Below, piece by piece: positions 50,861 to 62,257 of a stretch of DNA of 64,000 nt. The stretch is from Camelus ferus. Its lineage: Eukaryota. Made by a program: the position numbers and the translations under genes. Position 1 is the stretch's first letter, and every line of letters starts with the position of its first letter. The notes beneath the pieces were generated by a model. The model had not been told where the DNA came from. It was given only the letters and a program-made list of their open reading frames with translations, and made no database searches. The stretch covers positions 47,990,001-48,054,000 of the forward strand of contig NC_045707.1 in the NCBI RefSeq assembly GCF_009834535.1, written 5' to 3'.

Positions 50861-53800
50861 AATGGGAGAATATCATTTGTTCAAAGGGACTAAGGATAGA
50901 ACTTTGGAGGATAAAGATAGAAGTGCCCTTCTTGACTGTCATAGTCCACATCATCTAAAGATTGTATGGACAACTTTGTTTCTACAAGGGAGAAAACCAT
51001 GAAAAGAACCATTCCTGAGGGCTTTAATGCTGTATTTCTTACTACTATTTCCATGTTTGAAATCTCCTTGTGCAAGAAACAGTAAGGTCAGACATTAAAA
51101 ACAGCAGGGAGACCATTCCTTGAGTCTGAAGATCATCATCACAGTCAATATTCAAATCAGTTTTCAGAAGATGAGACTGTTTCTTACATTTTGCTCAATG
51201 AAAAGATTTAAAGAAGAGGCCTCCACTAAAAAACATGCAAATATAGAATGTTTTCAACAAATGCAATATGCTAATAAAGGATCCTTTGCTTTCACATTCA
51301 ACTAAATCAAATTGTGAATATTATCTAGGCTGAAGATTGCTTCTGCATCATTTATAAGTACTTACTAATCAAAAGAACACAAGATAATGGGAAGTTTCTC
51401 ACTTTATCCCCTTCAGAAAATAAATTCATTTTGACATGCTAATCATAACCTTTTTTTTCCTTTAGAGGACTTCTCCATGGCTAGAATATAATCTTGTCAG
51501 GAATTTGGCTCAGTCTAACTTGCTGTGCCCCATAAATGAATACATCCCAAGTTACATTCTCCAATGGGATTTCAACCTTTGAATTCCTGCTAAAGTACAG
51601 CCACATGCATGATGGTTTCCACAATCACATTGGACATCTCTGTGTAGGACCTCTGTTTATTGCACTTACTTTTGCAACTTGAATATTCCTTTGTTTTAGT
51701 CAGCTACCTAATTTTAAAGGAATGATGTGACATCACTTTAATGCATGTAAATGTTAATCAACTTTGAGATTTTAAATTCAAGTTCTTTAAAAAGGGCAAG
51801 TTACTGCTTTTCTTGGAAGTGAAAAATAAAAGCATGAGCTATGCTAATATTTGATTTGATGATTATTTTACCAAGCTTCCTGAGTATTTTCTCTCTTGAG
51901 AATAATACATGGACATCATTATATGTTCTAGCTTGCCTAATGTCTCAGAAGCTGAGAAGAATCCATTTTATCCAAATTGTAGAACCTCAGAAAAGCAAAT
52001 AACAACTCAACATAAAATTTATTTGATACACAAAGATAGTTTTTACATATTAAACTAGAATGCCAATTTTTTCTTTTAAAGGACAAGATGTATGTTTGAG
52101 ATAGTATATGCCTAGATAAAAAGTTTGTTTGCTGATTTTGAATTATAGAATTTTGCCCTCGCTTTTTTAAAGCAGTTGTTCTGAAACATTAGTGCCTAAA
52201 TAGTTGAACCCCCTCCACCCCCACCCCCTTAGAGTTTCTGATTTAGTAGGTCTAGAACCAAAAGTTTGTATTACTATCAATTTCCTGGGGGTGGAGTTGA
52301 GGTGGCTGGTCTTGGGATCACATTTTGAACCCCCTTACCCTCAACCCTATTAGTTTGAAGGGAAGAGGAGGTCCATTTGCTCCATATTCAGAAAGTTATA
52401 AATAACTGTAGGCCAAGATTATAACTTGTAAGAACTTTATGTTATTCCTTAAAGTCTGCAATTTTCCTAAGTTGATTCATAGCATCTGTCTCTTTCTCCA
52501 CACTACTGTTAAACCTTAAAACTGAAATAGATTGTTGTCCACTGGGGAGATGGAGATAAACATCCAATAAACCTGAACACTGGGGGCATTGCCCCAGGAA
52601 ACAGAGTAGTTGGTGATGGCTTTAAAAAGAAGAAAGTAAGTGGAATCATAGCGTTCTAGGGAAAAGAAGGAAAGAAGGTCGTGGAAGGAGGGTTGGCTTT
52701 GAAAAATGGCCCGAGGCTTAACAATAGGAAGGTCAGTGACAATTCCTATAGGGCAAGCAATCAAGTTCAGCAGTGCCCTCCAGAGACAGACACAAAACCA
52801 GCCCTTCTTGCTGCCCTGCAGCCCTCCACCTGAGCTCTCAGAGGTCACCGGTCTCTCCTTAGTTGCTGGGGAAGAGGGACTGTGGGCCTGACCCGCTTCC
52901 TAGTTCCTCCTGCCAATTTAGACCAAAGGAGAAGTAAGATGCTTAGTTTAAAATAGAAGATATTTTTGCTGCTTTATCTGCCCCTAGGGATAATTTTCAC
53001 TCCAGTGAAATTATTTTATTTGCAGATTAATGTTTTAATATGTCCTTTGATTCATTTTTCAGTGAGCCTTTTAAGAAATGTAGCTGTATTTTTTAGACTG
53101 TGTTAGCCAGAAGTCTCTCAAGCTGCTTTGAGTTTTGTTTTTATTTTTTCCTTCTACTGTCTCTACTCATCTCCAAAACGTTTTTCTGTCTTTATAAGGA
53201 TTTATTTCTCATAGTCCCTTTAGAAAAGGTACTATCAGGAACTCACCTCCAGGTTTTGAAGTCTGTGACTTGAGAGTTCAAATCTGCTTATAAGACCTTG
53301 AGTAGATTACTTATTTTCTTTCTGATTGAAACCTCACATGTTAAATGTATGTGTTAATACATATGTTAATTATACTTACCTGGTGGTATTTCTGGGAGAA
53401 TTAATTGGGATGCCTCCACACTTAGGGTGGTGTCTGGTGCACTGACAACAATGTTAATTTGTATGATCATTGTTATTGCTGCTGGGAGGCAACTCTTTAA
53501 CCCTGTTTCTTCCCATTTTCTCCAAACAATCTGAACCACTTTAACAAGAAGTATTTTTGCTCTAAATCTGTACATGTCACCCTCTGATTTCTAGTTCTCT
53601 TGTGTTTCTTGAACCCCAGTTGATCTAAACCTAGTACAAGTGCCTTAATTTGTGCCATTGGATTCATACCTAAGCAAAGCAAGGCAGGTTGCCAGATGAG
53701 GAGGCTACTAAAAGTGGTCTTCCTGTGGGTAACCAAAAACAGAACAAACAAAAGGCATAAGCCTCTAGTAGAAGAGATAAGCCCATGTGAAAAGCTAAAT

Positions 53801-56643
53801 TATTTAAAGATTTAAGTAAGAATTGGAGATAAAAATAGAAGTCACTTCAAATTATCCCTATTTAATACATCATCCTTAGGGCTTTCCAAAAAATAAATCT
53901 CATCATATCACTTCCCTGCCAAAAATACTCACCTCCCTCCCCCGACTCCCAGCACCCTATTCCCTTCTCTACCCACCAGCTTTTTCAACAATATTTATCT
54001 TCCTTATATTGGTTTAAGCCTTTAAGATACTCCAAAGTCACACCCCTCTTTTTCTTCCTTTCAGAGACCTTATTATGGGCCAACTTCACTGACTTAGCAG
54101 ATACCATTCACTTTTGGGTCTTATTTCCTTCTGCCCCCAAACAGACACAAAATAAATGCCCTGTCTCTATTTGCTATTAACACTCCATACTTCGTCTCCT
54201 GCTTGAACCTATACTTGTTGGTTAAGCTGCAGGTTTTCTAAAGCAAGCACCAAGGACACCTAGTACTCTATCTGGAAGTAAATTCACAAGAAAGGTCACA
54301 ATAGATAATACTTTAATGAATGCAGGCAGCTGACCTGCAACAGTGAGGCTCCCCCAGCTCAGCCTGGAAGTCTAAAGGTGCCTTCAGGGAAGGGAGGGCC
54401 CAGGTAGTGAATGAGACCTTTGCTGAGTGGGATTATACCAGCAGGTGGAGGAAAGCCTCCTGGACAAACTTGTGAACTGTAATACAGCCATTAAAAGAAA
54501 ATCTGGAAACAACAACAACAACAACAAAAATCTGGGACTTTCCTAGCAATAATGCAGGAATCGTGGATCACAGAGATGAAGTGGGAGGCTGGAGTGTAGG
54601 GAGGATACCTCGTGAGCAATTTTAGGATGGAATGGCAGTATGAGAGAGCAGCACACAAGCAAGGGACACTCATAGGTAACCTGATGTAAAAATACCAAAG
54701 TGTGTCTGCATAGCACACAGGTAAACAAAGGAAGAAACCTTACATGGGAGCAGTGTGGACACTACCTCAAAGTATTTCTTAGGCAGCATATCCAGGTCTC
54801 TGATCTCCATTTCATTTGCTTTGGAAATGAAGTCTAGTTGTTTATCTACAAGAACAATTTATGCAATTATTGAACACCTCTAGCAGCCAGGAAGAAAGTC
54901 ACAGAGTTGAGTTGCTTATCTTCTTTTAAATATTGGCTCTCCAATTTTAAGCAACAAAAACTATGTGATCTGTCACCTGACAAATTGCAAGTATTGTTTT
55001 TTGTTGTTGTTTGGGGTTTTTTTTGTGGGGTTTTTCTTTTTGTAAGTAATGGTTTTGATGGAACTCATTTGTATTTAGATGTCTGTTTAACACCAGTCAA
55101 CCACATTTACTATGCATTAGGCTGTTTCTTAAGCATTAGGGGTACAATAATGAATGACAGAAGATGGCTGCTCTGTAAGATTTATAGACTAGAAAGGCAG
55201 AGGGACTAGTAAACATAGTAAATCTAGTATGTCTGATCAGTACCAGAGCCTGGGCGAGGGGAAGCACAATACTATAGATATTTACTCAAGTCCAGAAGTC
55301 AGGGAAGGCTTCTTGGAAGATGAGCAGAAATTAGCTAGGGAAAGGGGAGATGGGGGACATATCCCAGGTAGTTGGAATAGCATATAAAATGAAGAGCCTA
55401 ATAGCTTAACTTACTGCTATCATGTTCATAGATTAATAGTTTAGATGAGTTCCCAAATGATGAAATGCAAAAGGTGACATTTAGTGACTTAAAATTTATT
55501 CAATTAAAAAGACCATGCTTTATTCTGATATGGATACCTCTCCTACTTTAGGGATGTTAAAATGTTATCTTTTCCACAAAATGATAATGATAGCAGATGA
55601 TAATGTCATTTAAAAAAAATCTTTAAATCTTTATGGACGTTTTGTCAGTCTGTAAATTTTATTACCCTATGCAGCAGAGAAAGAAGTTCATTCTCCCCTC
55701 CCTTATTTAAATGTTTATTTTTTTTCTCTCCCTCTTTTTGGTTAAATAACACAATACTCAAAAAGTCTACAAGGAATTCTAATTTGTTAGTCCAGAGCAA
55801 ACTGTTTTAGTAACATTTGAGCAGAGGGATGGGAATGTATACACCCAGCCCTTTGAAATTCTAGTTAGTTGTCTTATAGTTTCATCTATGGAAAGCAGTT
55901 TCTGAATTCTCAAGCACTCCAAAGACGTAGACATTTGTTACTTGCAAACTTATTTTGAAACCCAGGTTCATTTTCTGGATTATTTTGACATAATTCCTAT
56001 TTTTTTTTTTTAGTGTTTTGATTGAAAATTTTCTAGGTTTTAGAAATTAATTTAATAATTATCAAATTGCTTGATGATAATATACATAAGCCAATATATA
56101 TATTTGAATGTTTACTTAGTGCTGAAGTCATTCCATTTAGTCCTCACAACAGCCTTTACATATTTTAGGAGATTACAATGCAGAGAGGTTAAATAACTTG
56201 CCTAAGGACATAGAGCCAAGAGTTGGGTTTGTGAATAGTTGGGAATGCCTGTAGCTTACCGTATCAACAAGATGAGAAGTGCCTTTATAAATTCAAAATC
56301 TGTCAAGAAATACCTGCTTGTTTCTTGAATGGGAAGAGCCTTACTAAACTTCTGGAAAGCTATGACTAAACATATATATGTCCAGATTTGAAAACTATTA
56401 GCAGTTAATATTATGCACTGTATAAAGCTTGCATTTAGGACCAATATTTATTTCCATTTTTTTTCTTGAGTGCTCACTAGATCCCCCAGATAAAAGAGTT
56501 CTTTCTTAAATTCATTTGTCTCTTAAAGGAATGATTTAAGGTGGGAAACCCACACATACAAAAAAAACCAAAAAACAGTGGGGAGAAAACCCTTCAAGGA
56601 TATGTGAGTTTAACTTTCTCTTAACTCTATTGAATAGATTTTA

Positions 56644-56787
56644 ATCTTTTTTAAAATTTTTCGTGAGGGGGAGGGAGGTAATTAGGTTTATTTATTTTAT
56701 TGCTTCTTCGTGGAGGTACCGGGGATTGAACCCAAGACCTCCTGCATGCTAAGCAGGCACTCTTATCACTGAGCTATACCCTCCCCC
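56644..56787 (-). mobile_element. tRNA-Ala-derived SINE (camelid Vic-1-like)
   Basis: 'ggaggtaccggggattgaaccc...gcatgctaagc...cactgagctataccctcccc'; same family as 35824 and 47557; TSD degenerate. Confidence 0.88.
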
Positions 56788-56857
56788 TTGAACTGACTTT
56801 AGAAAGCTTTCAGAAAGGGTTCAGCTGCTGCTTTGGGAAGGCAGTTAAAGTAGTGGA

Positions 56858-56953
56858 CATTTCACAGCATATGCAAATGTCAAATCATTACACAGTACAC
56901 CTGAAACTAACATAATATTGTACATCAAATGTATTTCAATGAAGGAAAAAAAA
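56858..56953 (+). mobile_element. ~95-bp L1 3' tip with poly(A)
   Basis: 'caaatcattac...gtacacctgaaactaacataatattgta...'; TSD AAA[G/C]TAGTGGA at 56847-56857 and 56954-56964 after TT. Confidence 0.75.
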
Positions 56954-58650
56954 AAACTAGTGGAGAGAACACCGGCTTGGGTGTTCAGATCCTAGCATTT
57001 TGTTAACTTCATTATTTCGGTTTTGTAGATGAGTCAGTTTAAGCTTAAAATTATTAGGAGTCCAAATTGGAGACCAGGCTTACAGGAGAAAAACTTCCGC
57101 CTGATTTCTGATCTAATGTTCAAATCACTGATGATGTAAGGAAAATGAACAGAGCAGACGATTAAGGGTGGGTGGAGTTCGGAGGGATATCAGAAAATCT
57201 TGTTTTAGGGCAATGGTAATTTTAAGGATTTATTTCTGTTTCCCTATCTCATTTTTGAGTAGTAAATGAAGTTTCACATCCCTAGTGAAGCAATTACCAT
57301 GACGTTTATTTTTAAGCACAGTGCTATCTGAAAGTCCTAGAAGGAAACAAATTACCTATTTACCATTATGTTTTGATGCATTTATCCAAAGAAAATACTT
57401 TCACAGACGTCATTGCTTTTAACAATACTATCTTTTAAAGTATTTACTTCATATATACTACCTAATTATTGCGTATGAATGAAAAAATAGCCTAGAAGTT
57501 ATTGATTTCATTTAAACAATAAAATGTTTTCTCCTTCCGCTTTATAGCAGATTCTACTTTTGCTTCATTTCTATACCCTCTGGCTCAGTTTTTGAGAAGA
57601 AAAAAACAAACAAACAAAAAAAACCCTCGAAGTGATATGTTTTGCAATATTGATGACCAGCTAAGCTCAGGATATTTATTTCCATCTGGTAGAGTTCAAC
57701 TTCTGCCTCTTGTTTGCTTTCTCCATCTGCCCAGCTCACCATCTTTTTTCCCCCTCCTCCTTAATGGAGTTCGTTCGGTTTAACCCTCTCTTAGGCCTAA
57801 TCATTTCAAGAGGCTCATGCCTTCGTACCAGTCTCTTTCTCCCGTAGTTTTGCAAGCTCGATTTTAACCTAAATGTTTGCGCCTCATAGTTTCAGAGCCT
57901 TCAAATTTTATTTTTATATTCTTGTTTTTATAAAGAACAGCAGAACTCTAAGGCTCGGACAGTTATTCGGATTAGGGGGAAAAAAAAAAGGAAACAACCC
58001 TCGATTTTGTGTGTAAAGGGCGTATAATGCGTTATGTAGATTTTTTTCTTTCTATAGAGTAAACTTGTTACAGTTGACGGTATTAATCTTCAATAACAGG
58101 TTTTCTTATCAGTGTTAAGCTGGATTCAGTAAGGTCTGCACTCTTCCTTCCTTTGATTTCTGATGTTACTGAAACAGCAACCACAAAAAGCTTACTAACC
58201 TTTTATTTATTTTGCAATTTAACTTTGACAAAGACCTCCCCCCACCCCACCCCTCCCTAAGGGTAGAGCAGTTCTCTGCAAGAACTGGACTGCCGAGGCT
58301 GCAGAATGCCCTGCGAGCGCCGGTTCCCTCCACTTTTCTCTGCACTCGCTGCATCCTCAGCACGGGTACCCGCATCCGGCTGCGCCGTATGCTCCCTTCG
58401 CTTCAGGAGCCAGTCACGTAGACCCAGGGACGCGCATGGGATGTAAACACTGAGTATGCGAGCCGGCAGGCGCTGAGGACTTGCAGCCCGATCCGTGCCG
58501 CCGGCGCGGGTGTGGATAGCCTGAGCAGGGCGGCTTTTATCTGCACAGCATTAAACCTCCTCGCAGACGAGCCCGGGCAGCGCACTCTTGTAGGGGATGC
58601 GCTGGCGCCGCGCCTAGAGTTGCTGGAGCTGGAAGGAGGGGCTAGGACTG

Positions 58651-58923
58651 GGGGCGGGGCTTTCACACGCGCACCCTCGGATTCCTCGGTCCCCAGCTAC
58701 TTCTCCCCCCTTCTCCCGCCGCCACTCGGGGGTTTATTTGTTTACAAGCGGATTACGTCAGCTCCTCCCTCTCTTCCCGGCCTCTGGACCCGCCCCCTGG
58801 CCCCTTTTTCCCGCCCCCGGCGGCTCCGAATCTGCTTGCGTCACAATGGTGCGATCTCCGGATTGGCTGGAGTCGGCCGTCACGCTCCAGCTACGCCACT
58901 TCCTTTCCGCGGCGCTATAAAAA
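58651..58923 (+). promoter_or_regulatory. BTG1: BTG1 proximal promoter
   Basis: GC box GGGGCGGGGC 58651-58660; FOXO TTGTTTAC 58738-58745; CRE-like TTACGTCA 58753-58760; TGCGTCA 58837-58843; inverted CCAAT (ATTGG) 58862-58866; ETS CACTTCCT 58897-58904; TATAAAAA 58916-58923; TSS inferred at ~58942-58950. Confidence 0.8.
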
Positions 58924-58966
58924 GTGCTGCACGGCTCCTGCATCTCTTCGCCCGTCGGAGCTGGAA

Positions 58967-59038
58967 ATGCAACTGTTTGGTTTTTCGGGGGCTGTAGAGC
59001 TGGAGGCGGAGGCGGCTGAGGAGTTCCGAGCGATGTGA
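58967..59038 (+). other. Upstream ORF in the inferred BTG1 5'UTR (23 aa)
   Basis: ATG 58967 to TGA 59036-59038: MQLFGFSGAVELEAEAAEEFRAM; depends on the inferred TSS. Confidence 0.55.
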
Positions 59039-59254
59039 CCAGATCGCCATCGCTCGACTCTTCCTCTCTCCTGCCGCCTCCTGTCTCGAAAATAACTTTT
59101 TCACTATAAAGGAGAAAAAAAAAGTAGGCGTCCGCCCCACACGCCCTCTTCCCTCAGCCCTCTGACCTGTGAGGGAGCCCGGGGTGGCCGCTCCGCCGTC
59201 GGGGCCGCGCCGCCGAGCCCCGGCCGCCCCGGGCTGCCCCCGCCCGCCGCCCCC

Positions 59255-59402
59255 ATGCATCCCTTCTACACCCGGGCCGCCACCATGATAGGCGAGATCG
59301 CCGCCGCTGTGTCCTTCATCTCCAAGTTTCTCCGCACCAAGGGGCTCACGAGCGAGCGACAGCTGCAGACTTTCAGCCAGAGCCTTCAGGAGCTGCTGGC
59401 AG
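59255..59402 (+). CDS. BTG1: BTG1 (BTG anti-proliferation factor 1, BTG/Tob family) coding exon 1
   Basis: MHPFYTRAATMIGEIAAAVSFISKFLRTKGLTSERQLQTFSQSLQELLA is the BTG1 N-terminus; 148 nt; donor CAG|GTGAG at 59403. Confidence 0.98.
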
Positions 59403-60357
59403 GTGAGCGGGCCTCGGAGGGAGGGCGAGGGGCGCCGGGGCGTCGCGGCTTGACCTCCCCGGGCCGGGCCGTCGGGACCACGGGAGCCTCGGTAGCGTCC
59501 GGGCCGGCCGCGCTCGGGTCCGGCCGCGGGACTGTGGCTGGCGCTTCGGGGAGACTCTAACGGCGGGTCCCGGGGAGGGTTTGGGGGCTGGGCCGAGGGC
59601 GCCCCCTCCCCCCATTGCTGGCAAACGGATGGGAGAAGAAAACAGACGCACAACAAAGAAGCTAAAGCCGGCAGAGGCGGGAGCGGCGGTCCTCGGACGG
59701 TCCGCATATTTGGGGGACAAAGGAGCCGCAGGGCTGGGGTTGGTTCGATGCCCCCTCCCCCTAACCCCGACCAACCGTTGCTGACTTGGTCGCCGGGCCC
59801 CAGGGTGGGAAACGGCGCTGCTGCCCCAGAGCCAGCCCAGGACGGACGTGCTGTCTCCCGCGCCTCCTACTCCTGCCCATTAATCATCGGATTTGTCACT
59901 GGTACAATTACAGCCCTGCCCAGAGCGTTGTTTAGGGTTGCCTGTTTTTCTTTCCTTCGGGGTTAACAGTCCGGTTGCTATTCTCTTCTCCAAAGCCATA
60001 AACCCCATTGTGTGCGCGGCTGGGGTAGGGTGGAGAAAGTAAACACGTTCCCGCTGGCCGCCGGGGCAGTCCTACTGCCGGGCTGGCCGAGGCCGCGCGC
60101 CTGATTCCCGTTTTGGCGGCTCAACCGGTTGGTTCCGGGAGATTGTTTTGTCCCGTACTACTTTGTCATTTCTAAACCCCTGCTCGCTCGTTTCCCGACT
60201 CGGCACACACGCACAGCCGTGAATGCAATGCTGGGCATTTAAAAAAGTTGATAGTTAGCCTTTTCAAAGGAGCCAGCCGAAGAAAGAAGCTGAAACTACG
60301 GCGGGAGCTGGCAGTCACGATCTCTAAGCATTGTGTCTCTGTTCTTTTCTTCTGTAG
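59403..60357 (+). other. BTG1: BTG1 intron (955 nt, phase 1)
   Basis: GTGAG donor; branch-like CTAAG at ~60324; pyrimidine tract and TGTAG acceptor; joining restores the GAA (Glu) codon. Confidence 0.95.
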
Positions 60358-60725
60358 AACATTATAAACATCACTGGTTCCCAGAAAAGCCGTGCAAGGG
60401 ATCAGGTTACCGTTGTATTCGCATCAACCATAAAATGGATCCTCTGATTGGACAGGCAGCACAGCGGATTGGACTGAGCAGTCAGGAGCTGTTCAGGCTT
60501 CTCCCAAGTGAACTCACACTCTGGGTTGACCCCTATGAAGTGTCCTACAGAATTGGAGAGGATGGCTCCATCTGTGTGCTGTACGAGGCCTCACCAGCAG
60601 GAGGTAGCACCCAGAACAGCACCAACGTGCAAATGGTAGACAGCAGAATCAGCTGTAAGGAGGAACTTCTCTTGGGCAGAACAAGCCCTTCCAAAAACTA
60701 CAATATGATGACTGTATCAGGTTAA
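60358..60725 (+). CDS. BTG1: BTG1 coding exon 2
   Basis: [24 protein letters not shown] (box A)...[20 protein letters not shown] (box B), DGSICVLYE (box C)...NMMTVSG*; 148+368=516 nt = 171 aa plus stop. Confidence 0.98.
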
Positions 60726-61628
60726 GATATAGTCTATGGATGGATCATCTTATAATGGATGGATAAATTTGATTTTTGCTTTGGGTGGGCTCCTCTTGGG
60801 GATGGATTATGGAATTTAAACCATGTCACAGCTGTGAAGATCTGGCACAAGATAGAGTGGTAAAAAATTTTTTTTAAGTGACAGTGCCATAGTTTGGACA
60901 GTACCTTTCAATGATTTAATAGCCTGTGAGTCCAAGTAAATGATCACTTTATTTGCTAGGGAGTGATGTCTTAGGGTGGTTTCAGTTTCTCCCAGACATG
61001 ATACCTAAATTTTTACATCAATCCCTTTAATGCAGATCTGTATTTCAAAGAACCTTTCTCTGCAGAGGAAATTTGCACTATTACACTTAAATTGTTATCC
61101 TTCTTGGCAGCTCAATAGGAAAGCTTAATATTTTCAACATGGTAGTACTGGAAATTTTATGACAAGACTTTTACCTAGCACTTAAATATGTATAAATGTA
61201 CATAAGACAAACTAGTAAGCATGACCTGGGGAAATGGTCAGACCTTGTATTGTGTTTTTGGCCTTGACAGTAGCAAGTGACCCGAATTTGCCATGGCAAC
61301 AGGCTTTAAAAAAGACCCTTAAAAAGACACTGTCTCAACTGTGGTGTTAGCACCAGCCAGCTCTCTGTACAGTTGCTAGCTTGTAGTTTTCTAAGACTGA
61401 GTAAACTTCTTATTTTTAGAAAGTGGAGGTCTGGTTTGTAACTTTCCTTGTACTTAATTGGGTAAAAGTCTTTTCCACAAACCACCATCTATTTTGTGAA
61501 CTTTGTTAGTCATCTTTTATTTGGTAAATTATGAACTGGTGTAAATTTGTACAGTTCATGTATATTGATTGTGGCAAAGTTGTACAGATTTCTATATTTT
61601 GGATGAAAAAAATTTTTCTTCTCTCTAT

Positions 61629-61634
61629 AATAAA
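61629..61634 (+). terminator. BTG1: BTG1 proximal polyadenylation signal AATAAA
   Basis: AATAAA with four upstream TGTA motifs (61540, 61548, 61559, 61581) and U-rich flanks; predicts a spliced mRNA of ~1.75 kb. Confidence 0.75.
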
Positions 61635-62210
61635 TTGTTTCTTATCTTGGCATTTTAATCAATCTCTTGTCATGATTATAGAGGTTCAGCTAAAAAATAT
61701 TTCTCAGATGACTTAGGTTCTGTAAACTATGTGAATGTCAGTTGCACACCAGTCATGCTGAAAAACATTTGATAAGGAGTGAAGATCTATGTATGTATAT
61801 TTAGATGTCTTAAAATTTCTAAAGTCAAAACATGGACACCTTCCCAAGCTAATCGCATGAAATGAGGATAAGAGACAAAGGTAACATCTACCAAAAAATG
61901 ATGCCCAAAGGATTACATTTCATTGCTTCCCTGTTGAAGTGAAGATATAAATGTTCTATTCTGGCCCACCCTTGAAAAACAATTTTGCCCTATGGATTCC
62001 TTGTTCAATTAGAAAATCCTGGGGCAGGTGACCCCTAGTCCTAAAGAACAGGCTAATCACTGCAGAGACATTGGTTGCCTTTTGCCTTTCGTCAGCTGCA
62101 AGATTTGCATAAAAATCACTTAAACTGGAATTCAACAAAAGGTATGTTTATGAATTTTTATTCTGAAGTTGAAATACTGAGTTTTTTATTTTTAGACTTC
62201 TATGTCGGAT

Positions 62211-62257
62211 AAATACTAAAGCTAAATGAAAATACTAAATCTAAATGAAAATACTAA
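62211..62257. repeat. 19-bp tandem duplication x~2.5
   Basis: aaatactaaagctaaatga aaatactaaatctaaatga aaatactaa. Confidence 0.8.

Larger units (their letters stand above)
58290..60310. promoter_or_regulatory. BTG1: CpG island spanning the BTG1 promoter, exon 1 and intron
   Basis: Abrupt switch from AT-rich, CpG-poor DNA to GC-rich, CpG-dense DNA. Confidence 0.9.

Noticed and set aside
58512..58997. 161-aa ORF across the BTG1 promoter
   Set aside because: GTG start upstream of the TATA box; GC-rich shadow ORF with no recognisable domain
59403..59560. Intron read-through extension of exon 1 (101-aa ORF) and the GTG-started 60333 extension of exon 2
   Set aside because: Artifacts of unspliced ORF calling; canonical splice sites give the 171-aa BTG1
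58880..59707. 275-aa antisense ORF over BTG1 exon 1
   Set aside because: Pro/Gly/Arg/Ala-rich composition typical of CpG-island shadow frames opposite a real CDS; no independent evidence
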